From a virus: a stretch of 64,000 nucleotides of DNA. Positions 32,671 through 41,700 of this stretch are shown one piece after another. Where the stretch lies: IMG/VR virus record IMGVR_UViG_3300027927_000003, positions 1 through 64,000 of that record; one strand, written 5' to 3'. The notes beneath the pieces are model-generated. The model saw only the letters and a list, made by a program, of their open reading frames with translations, did no database searches and was not told the DNA's origin. Numbering within the stretch: the first letter of the stretch is position 1; each line of letters opens with the position of its first letter. Position numbers and translations under genes: made by a program.

Positions 32671-33344
32671 GCTACTACCTTGCGCCCTCTCTGGAGAAGC
32701 TTCGAAGTGAGATCAACAAGCGGTTCCCGAACCGAGACAAGACCAGCGACGGATGGATTGGGGACACGAGCCACCAAGCTCGTCCTAGCGACCATAATCC
32801 CGATTGGGCTGACGGGGGTGTGGTCCGAGCTATTGATGTGGATGTTGACGACGGTGATCCTGGCCGTGATCTACGTACTTCACTTATCAACGCAGCGAAG
32901 CGGGACAAGCGGACGTACTACATCATCAGCGACGGCTACATCTACTCCCGCACCTACGGCTTCACCAAGCGGGTCTACTACGGCTCCAACTCTCACCATT
33001 CCCACGTACACATCTCGATCCGCTCGGGTCGTGAGTACGAGGACGACACGCGGCCATGGTTCGCAGCTTTGCCCCTTGTGGATCTATCCAACGTGCGGCG
33101 CGAGTTCCACAACGCCCGCGAGGGCCGTAAGGTCAAGCGCCTGCCTGGAGTGCGACACGTACAGCGCGCACTGAACGCTCGGTACAAGGCGGGGCTGAAG
33201 GCTGATGGCATCGCTGGGGACAAGACCCTCGATGCGTACGGTGATCACGAACGGCAGTCTGGCACTGGTGATGGTGGCGCTCGGATCCCTGATCTGGAGT
33301 CGTTGAAGAACCTTGGTCGGAACCGCTTCAGAGTGAGGAAGTGA
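32667..33344 (+). CDS. endolysin: LAS/M15-type zinc peptidase plus peptidoglycan-binding domain
   Basis: SDHNPD ... VRAIDVDV ... HSHVHIS fits the H..D ... HxH LAS pattern. The C-terminal VRHVQRALNARYKAGLKADGIAGDKTLDAY matches the PG_binding_1 pattern. Confidence 0.8.
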   Translation: MSYYLAPSLEKLRSEINKRFPNRDKTSDGWIGDTSHQARPSDHNPDWADGGVVRAIDVDVDDGDPGRDLRTSLINAAKRDKRTYYIISDGYIYSRTYGFTKRVYYGSNSHHSHVHISIRSGREYEDDTRPWFAALPLVDLSNVRREFHNAREGRKVKRLPGVRHVQRALNARYKAGLKADGIAGDKTLDAYGDHERQSGTGDGGARIPDLESLKNLGRNRFRVRK

Positions 33345-33345
33345 C

Positions 33346-33666
33346 ATGCAGGTAGGAATCTCTGAGGCGGCGAAAGCCTATGTGGCGCTTGCTGGGGCTA
33401 TTGCTACTGCTCTACTGGGGGTCTTTGCTTCTGATACTGGCGTGGGACAAGTTCTTACGGTGATCGCGGTTATCGCGACTGCTGTGTCTACCTGGGCGGT
33501 CCCGAACAAGCCCAAGAAGCGGACCACCACGGCATACGTGGGAGGAGGTAGGCACATGAAGCGTGACGAGGCTGGCCATTACAACGGCGGTCCCTACGGG
33601 ATCGTTGGGGTGATCGTCCTGGTACTGCTGCTCCTGATCCTGCTCGCCGTTGTGGGCGTGATCTGA
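33346..33666 (+). CDS. holin-like membrane protein (106 aa)
   Basis: Three hydrophobic segments (AYVALAGAIATALLGVFA, VLTVIAVIATAVSTWAV, IVGVIVLVLLLLILLAVVGVI). Lies immediately downstream of the endolysin. Confidence 0.7.
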   Translation: MQVGISEAAKAYVALAGAIATALLGVFASDTGVGQVLTVIAVIATAVSTWAVPNKPKKRTTTAYVGGGRHMKRDEAGHYNGGPYGIVGVIVLVLLLLILLAVVGVI

Positions 33667-33686
33667 CCTAGCTTGTAGTAGAACTA

Positions 33687-33720
33687 AGGGAGGAGGGCAA
33701 TGCGCCCTCCTCCCTTTCTC
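33687..33720 (+). terminator. rho-independent terminator
   Basis: Perfect 12-bp stem AGGGAGGAGGGC/GCCCTCCTCCCT (33687-33698 / 33704-33715) with a 5-nt loop, followed by TTCTC. Confidence 0.8.
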
Positions 33721-33736
33721 ATAACCAGGAGGAGCA

Positions 33737-34045
33737 GTGGATACAGCCATCATCGAAGGCAGGTTCGTCGCCAAGGAGACCGGTGAGCCGGTAGATGGCG
33801 TAGTGGAGTTCCTACCCAGCAGGCTCTGGGTGAGCGAGGGAGACAAGGACTACGCCACGCTGTCACCCAGGGTGATCACCAACGAGGGCCGGTTCAGCGT
33901 GGAAGTCACTACTACCCAGGCTCGCGAGCATGACTTCGGTTGGCACTACACCGTGAAGTGTCCGGTGGGGACCTGGACGATCAAGGTCGAGGTACCGGGT
34001 AAGCACCGACTTCGCGATTTGCTGCCCACGAGGTTCTCTCAGTGA
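33737..34045 (+). CDS. hypothetical beta-rich protein (102 aa) upstream of terminase
   Basis: GTG at 33737 after AGGAGGAG. All-beta-looking sequence, not a typical helical small terminase. Confidence 0.7.
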   Translation: MDTAIIEGRFVAKETGEPVDGVVEFLPSRLWVSEGDKDYATLSPRVITNEGRFSVEVTTTQAREHDFGWHYTVKCPVGTWTIKVEVPGKHRLRDLLPTRFSQ

Positions 34046-35550
34046 GTATCGTCCTGGACAGACCTCCAAAGAACGAGGAGGAGCTGTGGTGGCTGACCCA
34101 GGCTCTGTGGGGACACAAGATCCCCAGGACCAAGGTCTGCCCGGATCACGACGCACCGTTCGACGCCTTCGCGACGGCCTACTTCGAGCGCGAACCGATG
34201 ATCCTGATCCACGGTTCCCGTGGTCTCGCTGGGAAGTCCCGGACCCTCTCTATCCTCGGATTGACCAAGGCTGCGATCAAGGGCGCTGATGTCAACATCC
34301 TTGGTGGCTCGCTGAACCAGTCCAACAACATCCACCAGACCATGCGTGATGCTTGGGACTCCCGACACGCACCCAAGTACATGGTCCAAGACGACTCGAT
34401 GACGCTGATCAAGCTCCGCAACGGAGCGAAGATCCGACCGCTCACCGCGTCCCAGAAGACCGTCCGTGGTCCGCACCCACCATTCCTGCTGCTCGATGAG
34501 ATCGATGAGATGGACCAGTCCATCCTCGATGCGGCGCTAGGTCAGCCGATGCCGCAGAAGAACTGGCTTGGCGAGATCGTCCAGGCACAGACCACAATGT
34601 CCTCGACCTGGCAGTACGCCGACAAGACCTTCGCGGAGATGTACCGGCGCTTCCAGGAGGAGAACCTCCCGATTTACACATGGTGTTACCGGGAAACATC
34701 TAACCCTGTGGACGGCTGGCTCGACCCGTCGTTCATCGAACAGAAGAAGCGGGAGATTCCCGCTGAGATGTGGAGGGTGGAGTATGAGCTTGGTGAACCG
34801 TCTATTGGCAATCGTGCGTTCGATTCTGAGGCCGTCGAGAGGACCTTCTCCCTACCGCCGCCGTCCGAGACGACGACTGTAAAGGTCGCCAAGGACTTCG
34901 AGCAGTACAAGTTCGCTGAGTACTCAGAGACCAGCGACTACGTGATCGCAGCAGACTGGGCGAAGGAGCAGGACTTCACCGTCGTCACGGTCTGGGACGT
35001 CACCCACATGCCGGTCAAGAAGGTCTACCACCTGAAGATGCGGCGGCGTCCCTACCCGGTGATGATCAACTACTTCGACCAACTCATGCGCAAGTACCGA
35101 GCTGAGGCGATCCACGACGCAACCGGCCTGGGAGGGGTAGTCGCTGATCTGATCGACTCTCGCGCTTACGGGTTCAAGATGACCGGGGAGAAGCGCGACA
35201 ACATGCTCTCTGAGTACGTCGCAGCCGTGGAGAATGACAAGGTGCGCTGCCCACGGGTGGAGAGCGACTACAAGGCGCACCTGTACGCATCAGTGGAGGA
35301 TCTCTACTCCCGAGCCAAGGAGTTCCACCTGCCTGATGAGGTCTGCTCCTCAGCGCTGGCCTGGCACATCGTGTCTCGGCGGGCTTACCCCTCAGAGCCA
35401 CTAGTGCTGCCCAACCTGGATGACCCGAACTGGATGGCCAACGAGATCGAGCACAACAAGGCCAGCAACAGCAATAAGAAGAGTGAGTGGAACGTCGGAC
35501 AGGTCCGCAGGAAGACTGATGAGTACGACGAGTTCTCGCTGATGGTCTGA
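34042..35550 (+). CDS. terL: terminase large subunit
   Basis: Walker A-like HGSRGLAGKS, Walker B LLLDEIDE, and a C-terminal RNaseH-like nuclease region (VIAADWAKEQDFTVV ... IHDATGLGG). GTGA-coupled start. Confidence 0.9.
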   Translation: MSIVLDRPPKNEEELWWLTQALWGHKIPRTKVCPDHDAPFDAFATAYFEREPMILIHGSRGLAGKSRTLSILGLTKAAIKGADVNILGGSLNQSNNIHQTMRDAWDSRHAPKYMVQDDSMTLIKLRNGAKIRPLTASQKTVRGPHPPFLLLDEIDEMDQSILDAALGQPMPQKNWLGEIVQAQTTMSSTWQYADKTFAEMYRRFQEENLPIYTWCYRETSNPVDGWLDPSFIEQKKREIPAEMWRVEYELGEPSIGNRAFDSEAVERTFSLPPPSETTTVKVAKDFEQYKFAEYSETSDYVIAADWAKEQDFTVVTVWDVTHMPVKKVYHLKMRRRPYPVMINYFDQLMRKYRAEAIHDATGLGGVVADLIDSRAYGFKMTGEKRDNMLSEYVAAVENDKVRCPRVESDYKAHLYASVEDLYSRAKEFHLPDEVCSSALAWHIVSRRAYPSEPLVLPNLDDPNWMANEIEHNKASNSNKKSEWNVGQVRRKTDEYDEFSLMV

Positions 35551-35584
35551 TAGCTTCGACGCAGATCCCTGCTTGGGTCTGCTG

Positions 35585-35628
35585 AGGGGTGGTGGGATTT
35601 CCTGGTTTTCTCACCACCCCTTCTTCAT
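35585..35628 (+). terminator. intrinsic terminator-like hairpin after terminase
   Basis: AGGGGTGGTG/CACCACCCCT 10-bp stem (35585-35594 / 35612-35621) with a 17-nt loop, followed by TCTTCAT. Confidence 0.5.
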
Positions 35629-35660
35629 ATGCGGCTGGAACAGAGCAGGAGACTGTAGAT

Positions 35661-36473
35661 ATGGCTACCAGCGCGTTCGGCGTGGACCACGGTCTCGTCT
35701 CTAAGTCCTACGTCGGTGGTGGGGTGTTCAAGCCCGCCAGCGCGCTCCGCGCCGCTGGTAAGAAGCGGGTGCCTGGCTCTTACGCTCGGTCCAAGGGTCC
35801 GACCAAGGCAGACACGAAGTTCAAGGCAGAAGCCACCAAGCTCACTCAACAGTTGCGCCACAACGAGAAGGTGATGACCGAGCCTGGTCGTAGACCTCGT
35901 TTCGATGACCCAGACTTCAAGCAGGTCAAGGTCAGGGGTCAGCGCAAGCCGGTCAACGTGTACGGCGAGAGTTCTTTCCTCAGCCGCACTCTTCCCTCAG
36001 GGGTAGGGGGCCTTACTCTCCGCACCGGTAGCAAGAGCAGTGGTCAGAGCCATGTCATCTACGACAAGACCAAATCTGGTGCGAAGAAGACGCTGAAGCA
36101 CGAGATGGCACACGCTCAGCCCAAGCGCTCGATTTATCGGATGCAGCAGATCGCTGACAGCCCGAAGAAGACCATGCGTGAAGAGGCTAGGGCTGATGCG
36201 GTTCTGGGTCACTACCGGAAGGTCAAGCCGAACAGCGCATACCAGCAGGTTGCACAGGCGCGGAACACACAGAGGAAGGTCAGGAAGACACCGATCATCG
36301 GTGGGCTCAGGGCCAAGCCGCAGAAGATGCAGTTGAAGGCTGGGCTGAAGAACATGTCTGCTGCTGGTGGTCCTCGGTACAAAGTGAAGCCCAAGGACGT
36401 AGACGCTTACCGTAAGGTCCAGAACGACATCGCTCGCAACCAGAAGCGCAACAAGCGTAGGAGCCGCTCGTGA
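35661..36473 (+). CDS. SAFG-leader protein 1: basic protein with HExxH motif (270 aa)
   Basis: ATG at 35661 after AGGAGA. Starts MATSAFGVDHGLVSK and contains TLKHEMAHAQPKR ... REEARAD. Paralog of 53256..53903. Confidence 0.75.
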   Translation: MATSAFGVDHGLVSKSYVGGGVFKPASALRAAGKKRVPGSYARSKGPTKADTKFKAEATKLTQQLRHNEKVMTEPGRRPRFDDPDFKQVKVRGQRKPVNVYGESSFLSRTLPSGVGGLTLRTGSKSSGQSHVIYDKTKSGAKKTLKHEMAHAQPKRSIYRMQQIADSPKKTMREEARADAVLGHYRKVKPNSAYQQVAQARNTQRKVRKTPIIGGLRAKPQKMQLKAGLKNMSAAGGPRYKVKPKDVDAYRKVQNDIARNQKRNKRRSRS

Positions 36474-38305
36474 CCAGCAGAGTGCCTGAGGCTGACATCC
36501 TCTACCAGGACGACCTCGCGGAGAGCGCCGAGATCAAGGACGCCGGTCCCATGATCGAGATGGGCGTCACCGGCATCAAGCGTGCTGGCGGGTATGTCGA
36601 TGAGGAGTTTCTCCCGGCGCTGCGGGGCAGGAAGGCCGTCAAGGTCTTCAAGGAGATGTCCCAGAACGACTCGATGGTCGGCGCTCTGCTGTTCGCCATC
36701 GACAAGCTGATCCGGGAAGTGGACTGGAAGGTGATCCCTTCCGACCAGACTCCTGAGGGACAGGCTGCTGCTGAGTTCCTGGAGTCGTGTAGGGATGACA
36801 TGTCCCACTCCTGGGACGATTTCATCGGTGAAGTGCTCTCCATGCTCACCTACGGCTGGAGCTGGCACGAGATCGTCTACAAGCGCCGGATCGGTCCTTG
36901 GGAGAAGGACGGCAAGAAGAAGTCCAAGTACACCGATGGACTGTTCGGCTGGCGGAAGATGCCAATCCGCTCGCAGGAGACCATGATGAAGTGGGTCTTC
37001 GATGAGTCGGGCGGGATCAAGGCGATGACCCAGATGGCCCCACCGCACTACAAGACGGTGAACATCCCCATCGAGAAGTCCCTGCTGTTCCGGACCAACC
37101 TGTCCAAGGGCAACCCCGAGGGCATGTCCCTGCTCCGTACCGCGTACCGATCCTGGTACTTCAAGAAGCGTCTGGAAGAGTTCGAGGCTATCGGTGTTGA
37201 GCGTGACCTGGCAGGTATGCCAGTGGCAAGAGTGCCCTCTGATTACCTCTCTGCGCCCAAGGGGAGCAAGCAGGCCAAGACCGTCGAGGCGTTCAAGAAG
37301 ATGGTCCGTGGTGTGCGTCGTGACGAGAACGAGGGCTTGGTGCTTCCCACTGCCTACGACCCGGACACGAAGCAGCCGCTGTTCGACTTCGAACTCATGT
37401 CGTCTGGCGGCTCTCGCCAGTTCGACACCACCGGGATCATCCAGCGGTATGAGCAGCGGATCCTGATGAGCGTGTTGGCTGACTTCATCTTGGTCGGTCA
37501 TCAGGCCAACGGGTCGTACTCTCTGCACACTGACAAGACCGGTATCTTCCGGGCGGCGTTGAACGCGATCACCAAGTCCATCGCTGACACGCTCAACCGC
37601 CATGCGGTGCCGAAGCTTTTTGAGGTCAACGGCTGGAAGCTCGATGAACTGCCTAAGTTCGAGCCCACCAACATCGACCCGCCTGACCTGAACCAGCTCG
37701 CCTCGTTCATCAGCGCTACCGCTGGTGCGGGTATGCAGTGGTTCCCCGATCCTGAGCTGGAGAAGTTCGTTCGGGACATCGCTCGCCTGCCTGAGATGAC
37801 CGATGAGACAGTGGACTTCAAGCGGGAGATGTACAACCAGCAGCAGGCGATGGAGTTCGCTGAGACTCAGATGAACGTGCTCGGCATGAAGCAGAAGGCC
37901 GAGATGACTGCGCAGGGCTTCTCTCCTGAACAGGCGCAGATGGCCTCGCAGGCTCAGACCCCGGACATGCGGGTGCAGGAGCAGCTCAACGAGGACGAGG
38001 CGCAGATGGCTCACATGCAGCATCCTGCGGGCCAAGTCGAGCAACAGCAGATGCAAGAGCAGATGGCCATGCAGAACCAGCCTGAGGAGGACTCCCCCGC
38101 TGCTCAGGCCCAGCATGAACGCGAGAAGGAGAAGATGCTCCTCTCCGAACAGCAGGAAGAGAAGCGCTTCGGGCGCGAACGCGAGAAGATGACTCTCCAG
38201 GAGCGGTTGGAGCAGGAGAAGTCCAAGCGCGAGAAGGAAAAACTGCGTGAGCAGTTGAAGGCACAGTCGAGGCGCAAGCCTCCGTCGAAGGGTGACAGGC
38301 GATGA
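36470..38305 (+). CDS. portal protein (Mu gp29/DUF935-like)
   Basis: 611 aa. Position and length fit a portal. N-terminal KVFKEMSQNDSMVGALLFAIDKLIREVDWKV pattern and a Q/E/M-rich C-terminal tail. GTGA-coupled start. Confidence 0.85.
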   Translation: MTSRVPEADILYQDDLAESAEIKDAGPMIEMGVTGIKRAGGYVDEEFLPALRGRKAVKVFKEMSQNDSMVGALLFAIDKLIREVDWKVIPSDQTPEGQAAAEFLESCRDDMSHSWDDFIGEVLSMLTYGWSWHEIVYKRRIGPWEKDGKKKSKYTDGLFGWRKMPIRSQETMMKWVFDESGGIKAMTQMAPPHYKTVNIPIEKSLLFRTNLSKGNPEGMSLLRTAYRSWYFKKRLEEFEAIGVERDLAGMPVARVPSDYLSAPKGSKQAKTVEAFKKMVRGVRRDENEGLVLPTAYDPDTKQPLFDFELMSSGGSRQFDTTGIIQRYEQRILMSVLADFILVGHQANGSYSLHTDKTGIFRAALNAITKSIADTLNRHAVPKLFEVNGWKLDELPKFEPTNIDPPDLNQLASFISATAGAGMQWFPDPELEKFVRDIARLPEMTDETVDFKREMYNQQQAMEFAETQMNVLGMKQKAEMTAQGFSPEQAQMASQAQTPDMRVQEQLNEDEAQMAHMQHPAGQVEQQQMQEQMAMQNQPEEDSPAAQAQHEREKEKMLLSEQQEEKRFGREREKMTLQERLEQEKSKREKEKLREQLKAQSRRKPPSKGDRR

Positions 38306-38718
38306 TCAGCGCGTTCGGCGTCGAGCACGGCGATGAGTTCAGCAAGCGCGAGAAAGACCCCAAGCGCGGCGGCAAGGCGTTCGGCTCTGCTGGGAAGACC
38401 GCTGCCGTGGTCGGTGGTGCTGGCGCACTACTGATCGGTCGTGGACGAGCGAACAAGATCGGCGCGGGTATCGCGCAGCGGATGGTGGGCCGTGCTCACT
38501 GGTCTGCTGGTCGAGCAGCGGAGATGCCTAAGGGCAAGCTCGCCAACGCTAGGTACACCTACGCTCGAAAGCTGGAAGACATCGCCAACAAGGGGCCTGC
38601 CAAGAACCAGGATGTTCGAGAGTGGGCTGGCCGTGCTGCTGTGGGTGGTGGCGCTGGCGGTGTCGCCGGTGGCGTGGTCTACGGGCGCAAGAAGCTCTCG
38701 GCCAAGGAAGGGCAGTAA
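38302..38718 (+). CDS. SAFG-leader protein 2: basic Gly/Ala-rich protein (138 aa)
   Basis: MISAFGVEHGDEFSK. ATGA overlap with the portal stop. Gly/Ala hydrophobic stretches GKTAAVVGGAGALLIG and AAVGGGAGGVAGGVVYG. Confidence 0.75.
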   Translation: MISAFGVEHGDEFSKREKDPKRGGKAFGSAGKTAAVVGGAGALLIGRGRANKIGAGIAQRMVGRAHWSAGRAAEMPKGKLANARYTYARKLEDIANKGPAKNQDVREWAGRAAVGGGAGGVAGGVVYGRKKLSAKEGQ

Positions 38719-38721
38719 GAG

Positions 38722-41700
38722 ATGGTTCTAACTCCGATCATCAAGTCTGATGATCCTCACTTCAATCACCGGGCTGCCCAGCTCGCTGCTGAAGCAGTGA
38801 TGAAGATGGACGAGGACGAGGCTCGCATCTTCACGTCCTTCGTGGTCAGCGATGTCTTGGAAGAGGACATCGAGAAGAACCTTCGTACTCTTCAGCGTCG
38901 GCTGGACACTGTGGTGGCCAAGCGCATCGAGCGGGTCAAGAAGGCGCTGATCAGTACGACGGTCTCCAAGGGTGCCGCTGACCAGGAAGCGCTGGCCTAC
39001 GCCCAAGCGCTCTCGGCGCTGGAGGAGATCTCCAAGGCCAACCCGTATGACTACGGCTACCGGTTCGATGAGAACGACTTTCGGCGTGACCCGAAGACCG
39101 GTCAGTTCCAGACCAAGATCAAGCACACCCAGCGCAGGCCGATCAGTGATCGAGATGCTCGGGTCGTTGGTATCGACCAGGGTGCCCCTGGCTCTGAGAA
39201 GCGCAAGATCTACAACAAGCTGAGCCGGGAGGCCAAGGCTCAGTACCAGGACGAGTACCGGCAGATCTCTAACTTCCTTGGTGCGGTCTACCAGTCCACC
39301 AAGAACCCTGGCGACACTGACGTGATGGTGCATGTCCAGGGCAAGGACGGCTCGCGACGGATCGTTCGGCCCACGGGAATGAAGGTCGAACTGGGTCAGG
39401 ACTACAACCCTGAGCAGGAGCGGATCATCGGAGTCGCCGCTCGGCCCAAGGGCTTGAACCTGGGTGGCGCTTCGTTCGGTCTTACCTCAGCTCTTGGTGC
39501 TCCACAGGGTCGGCGCAGCGTGGAGGCGCTGAACCGAGCCGAGGACAACTTCGGTACGTTCTCCAACGACTGGACCAAGCCTGGGGACAACAACTCCAAC
39601 ACCCGGCTCTATAACCGGGTCGCAGGTGGCTCGAAGTTCGTTGAGCAGGTGGCACCGTACGGCTCGAAGTTGCAGATCGCTGGTGCCTTCGGTCGGATCG
39701 TCGGTGAGCACGGTCAAGAGGCTGAGAAGGTCTTCGGTCCTGCCACCCGCAAGGCTGGCTACCGGTACCGGGGTACGGAGAAGAAGCCTGACACCGAACT
39801 GCTGAACAGTTACCGGCGTGAGGTCGGGATCGCTACTCGTCCTGATCGGCTGACTGACGAGGATCAGAAGAAGATCCGTTCGGCTCAGTCGCAGGCGGAG
39901 CTCCAAGAGCGTGAGCGCAAGTGGCGCGAGATCAACGAGGGTCAGGACACGATCCCGGGTCGTGGCAAGTTCACTCCGCTTCAGGAAGTCACCCTTTCTC
40001 GGGAAGAGAAGGGAGCGATCCGCACCAAGATCCGTGACGCCTACGTCAAGCAGAAGATGGAGGAGGCTGGCCCCACCGAGACCGGTATCGAAGCTGGCCG
40101 TGCCGTCCTGCTCCAGCATCTTCAGGAGCGGATGCCTGACAAGGATCTGTACGAACTCCACCTGGATGCTGGTAACACTCCTCCGTCCGAGGGATTCCTG
40201 ATCGACCGGCATGGCCAGATCCACGCGCAGGCTGTCGGGTACGGCGATGATCACTACCTGCCGTTCAATCTGAAGAACCTGGCTGCCCTGAAGGGCGGCG
40301 AGTACATCCGTACTCGGTCAGTGGGTGGTCCTACCTCGGAGGACATCTACACCGGGCTGATGGCTGGTGCTCGACGGCTCACGGTGACCTCGCGCTCGGG
40401 TACGTTCACGATCAACTTCGAGGACGATTTCCGTGGCGGTCGTCGGCACAACCAGAAGGCGCACCGGATGGTACGTCGCTACGAGCAGATCCTCGACTCG
40501 GTGCAGTCTGGCTCGGTAGAGCGCAAGGACGTCAACCGCGACACCAAGGCGATGTTCCGTAATGAGATCGAGCGGGACTACCCGGCGCTCTCGGACAAGG
40601 CCAAGCGGGAGATGCTCACTACCAAGATCCAGGAGTACAAGCGCGACCCGATTCCGACCCAGGATCAAGAAGACGCTCTGGAGCAGCACATCCAGGCTCA
40701 GACTCGTGGGATGCCTGAGCCACGGGCGCGTGCGATCCGACAGAAGATCCTGAACGACAACGCCAACGAGCGGGAGTTCTTCTTCCATCTCAACGGTGTT
40801 GGCTACGCGGCTGCGCTGGAAGCGCTGCGTGAGCAGTTCCCGTACTACATCACGGTCGAGCACGTCGCCACTGTTGATCCTGACCGCAGAGAGTTCAGCC
40901 GAGACAAGGGCTACGTCGAGCCTGGTCGCAACCGACCTACTCAGGCAAAGGCTGGCTGGCACGGTACGGGTACCAACAAGGGCGAGAAGGTCTCTGCCTC
41001 TACGGTGGACTACCAGAACGAGAGCGGTCTGTACGGCGTTCGGACTGAGGCTCCGAAGAAGGTTGGCGAGGACGAGCGGGAAGCGGCTGCTGCCAAGGAG
41101 AAGGCAGCCGAGACCAAGGCAGAGAACGGCGAGAAGGACAAGGAAGCAGCCACTATTGCTGGCCGAGTTCAGGAGCGGAAGGCTGCGGTCAAGTTCAAGC
41201 CTGAGGCGATGGCGATCTGGAAGAAGATCTCCAAGGAGACTTGGGGAGAGACTCCCGAGCAGCAGCAAAAGGTGCGGGCTAATTTCCCGATTCTGTTCAT
41301 GGACGAGAAGGAGGCCGAGCGTTCCCTGGAAGACCCTCGGGTCGCCAAGCAGTTGGTGGACTTCGTGCAGACCTATCGCAAGGAACTGACTACTACTGGT
41401 CCACAGGGTCAGGCTGCTGTGCTTTCCTACCAGGACCTGACTAGGTTCCAGGCTGCCTCTGGTCGGATCGGTCGTCAGCCGTACGACAAGGCCACTCGGT
41501 TCACGTCGAAGGAAGTCCCTCGGTTCACCGAGACACGCAGCGGTGCGCGGGACGCCTACAAGGAAGACGCACCGGCTGAGCAGGTGGAGAAGGAGGCCGA
41601 GGTCATCTCTGAGATCACCAAGCCAACTACCACCAGCAAGAAGCTGAAGGAGATGAGCGAAGCCGAACTTCTGGACGAGTTGGCCAACCTCCAGAACTTC

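Noticed and set aside
36407-38116. 569-aa minus-strand ORF. Similar long antisense ORFs lie at 40318..42342, 44371..45984, 58325..59383, 61370..62404, 25254..26297, 14769..15479 and 1549..2301.
   Set aside because: These are shadow ORFs opposite clearly recognisable genes (portal, MuF, protease, tape measure, Pol III and others). Their peptides are Arg/Leu/Pro/Gly-rich junk with no SD. Stop-poor antisense frames are typical of high-GC DNA.
40170-40260. The YGDD motif in the 1182-aa protein as a polymerase palm motif C.
   Set aside because: It is a single four-residue match with no motifs A or B that I can identify. It is kept only as a remark in the finding.
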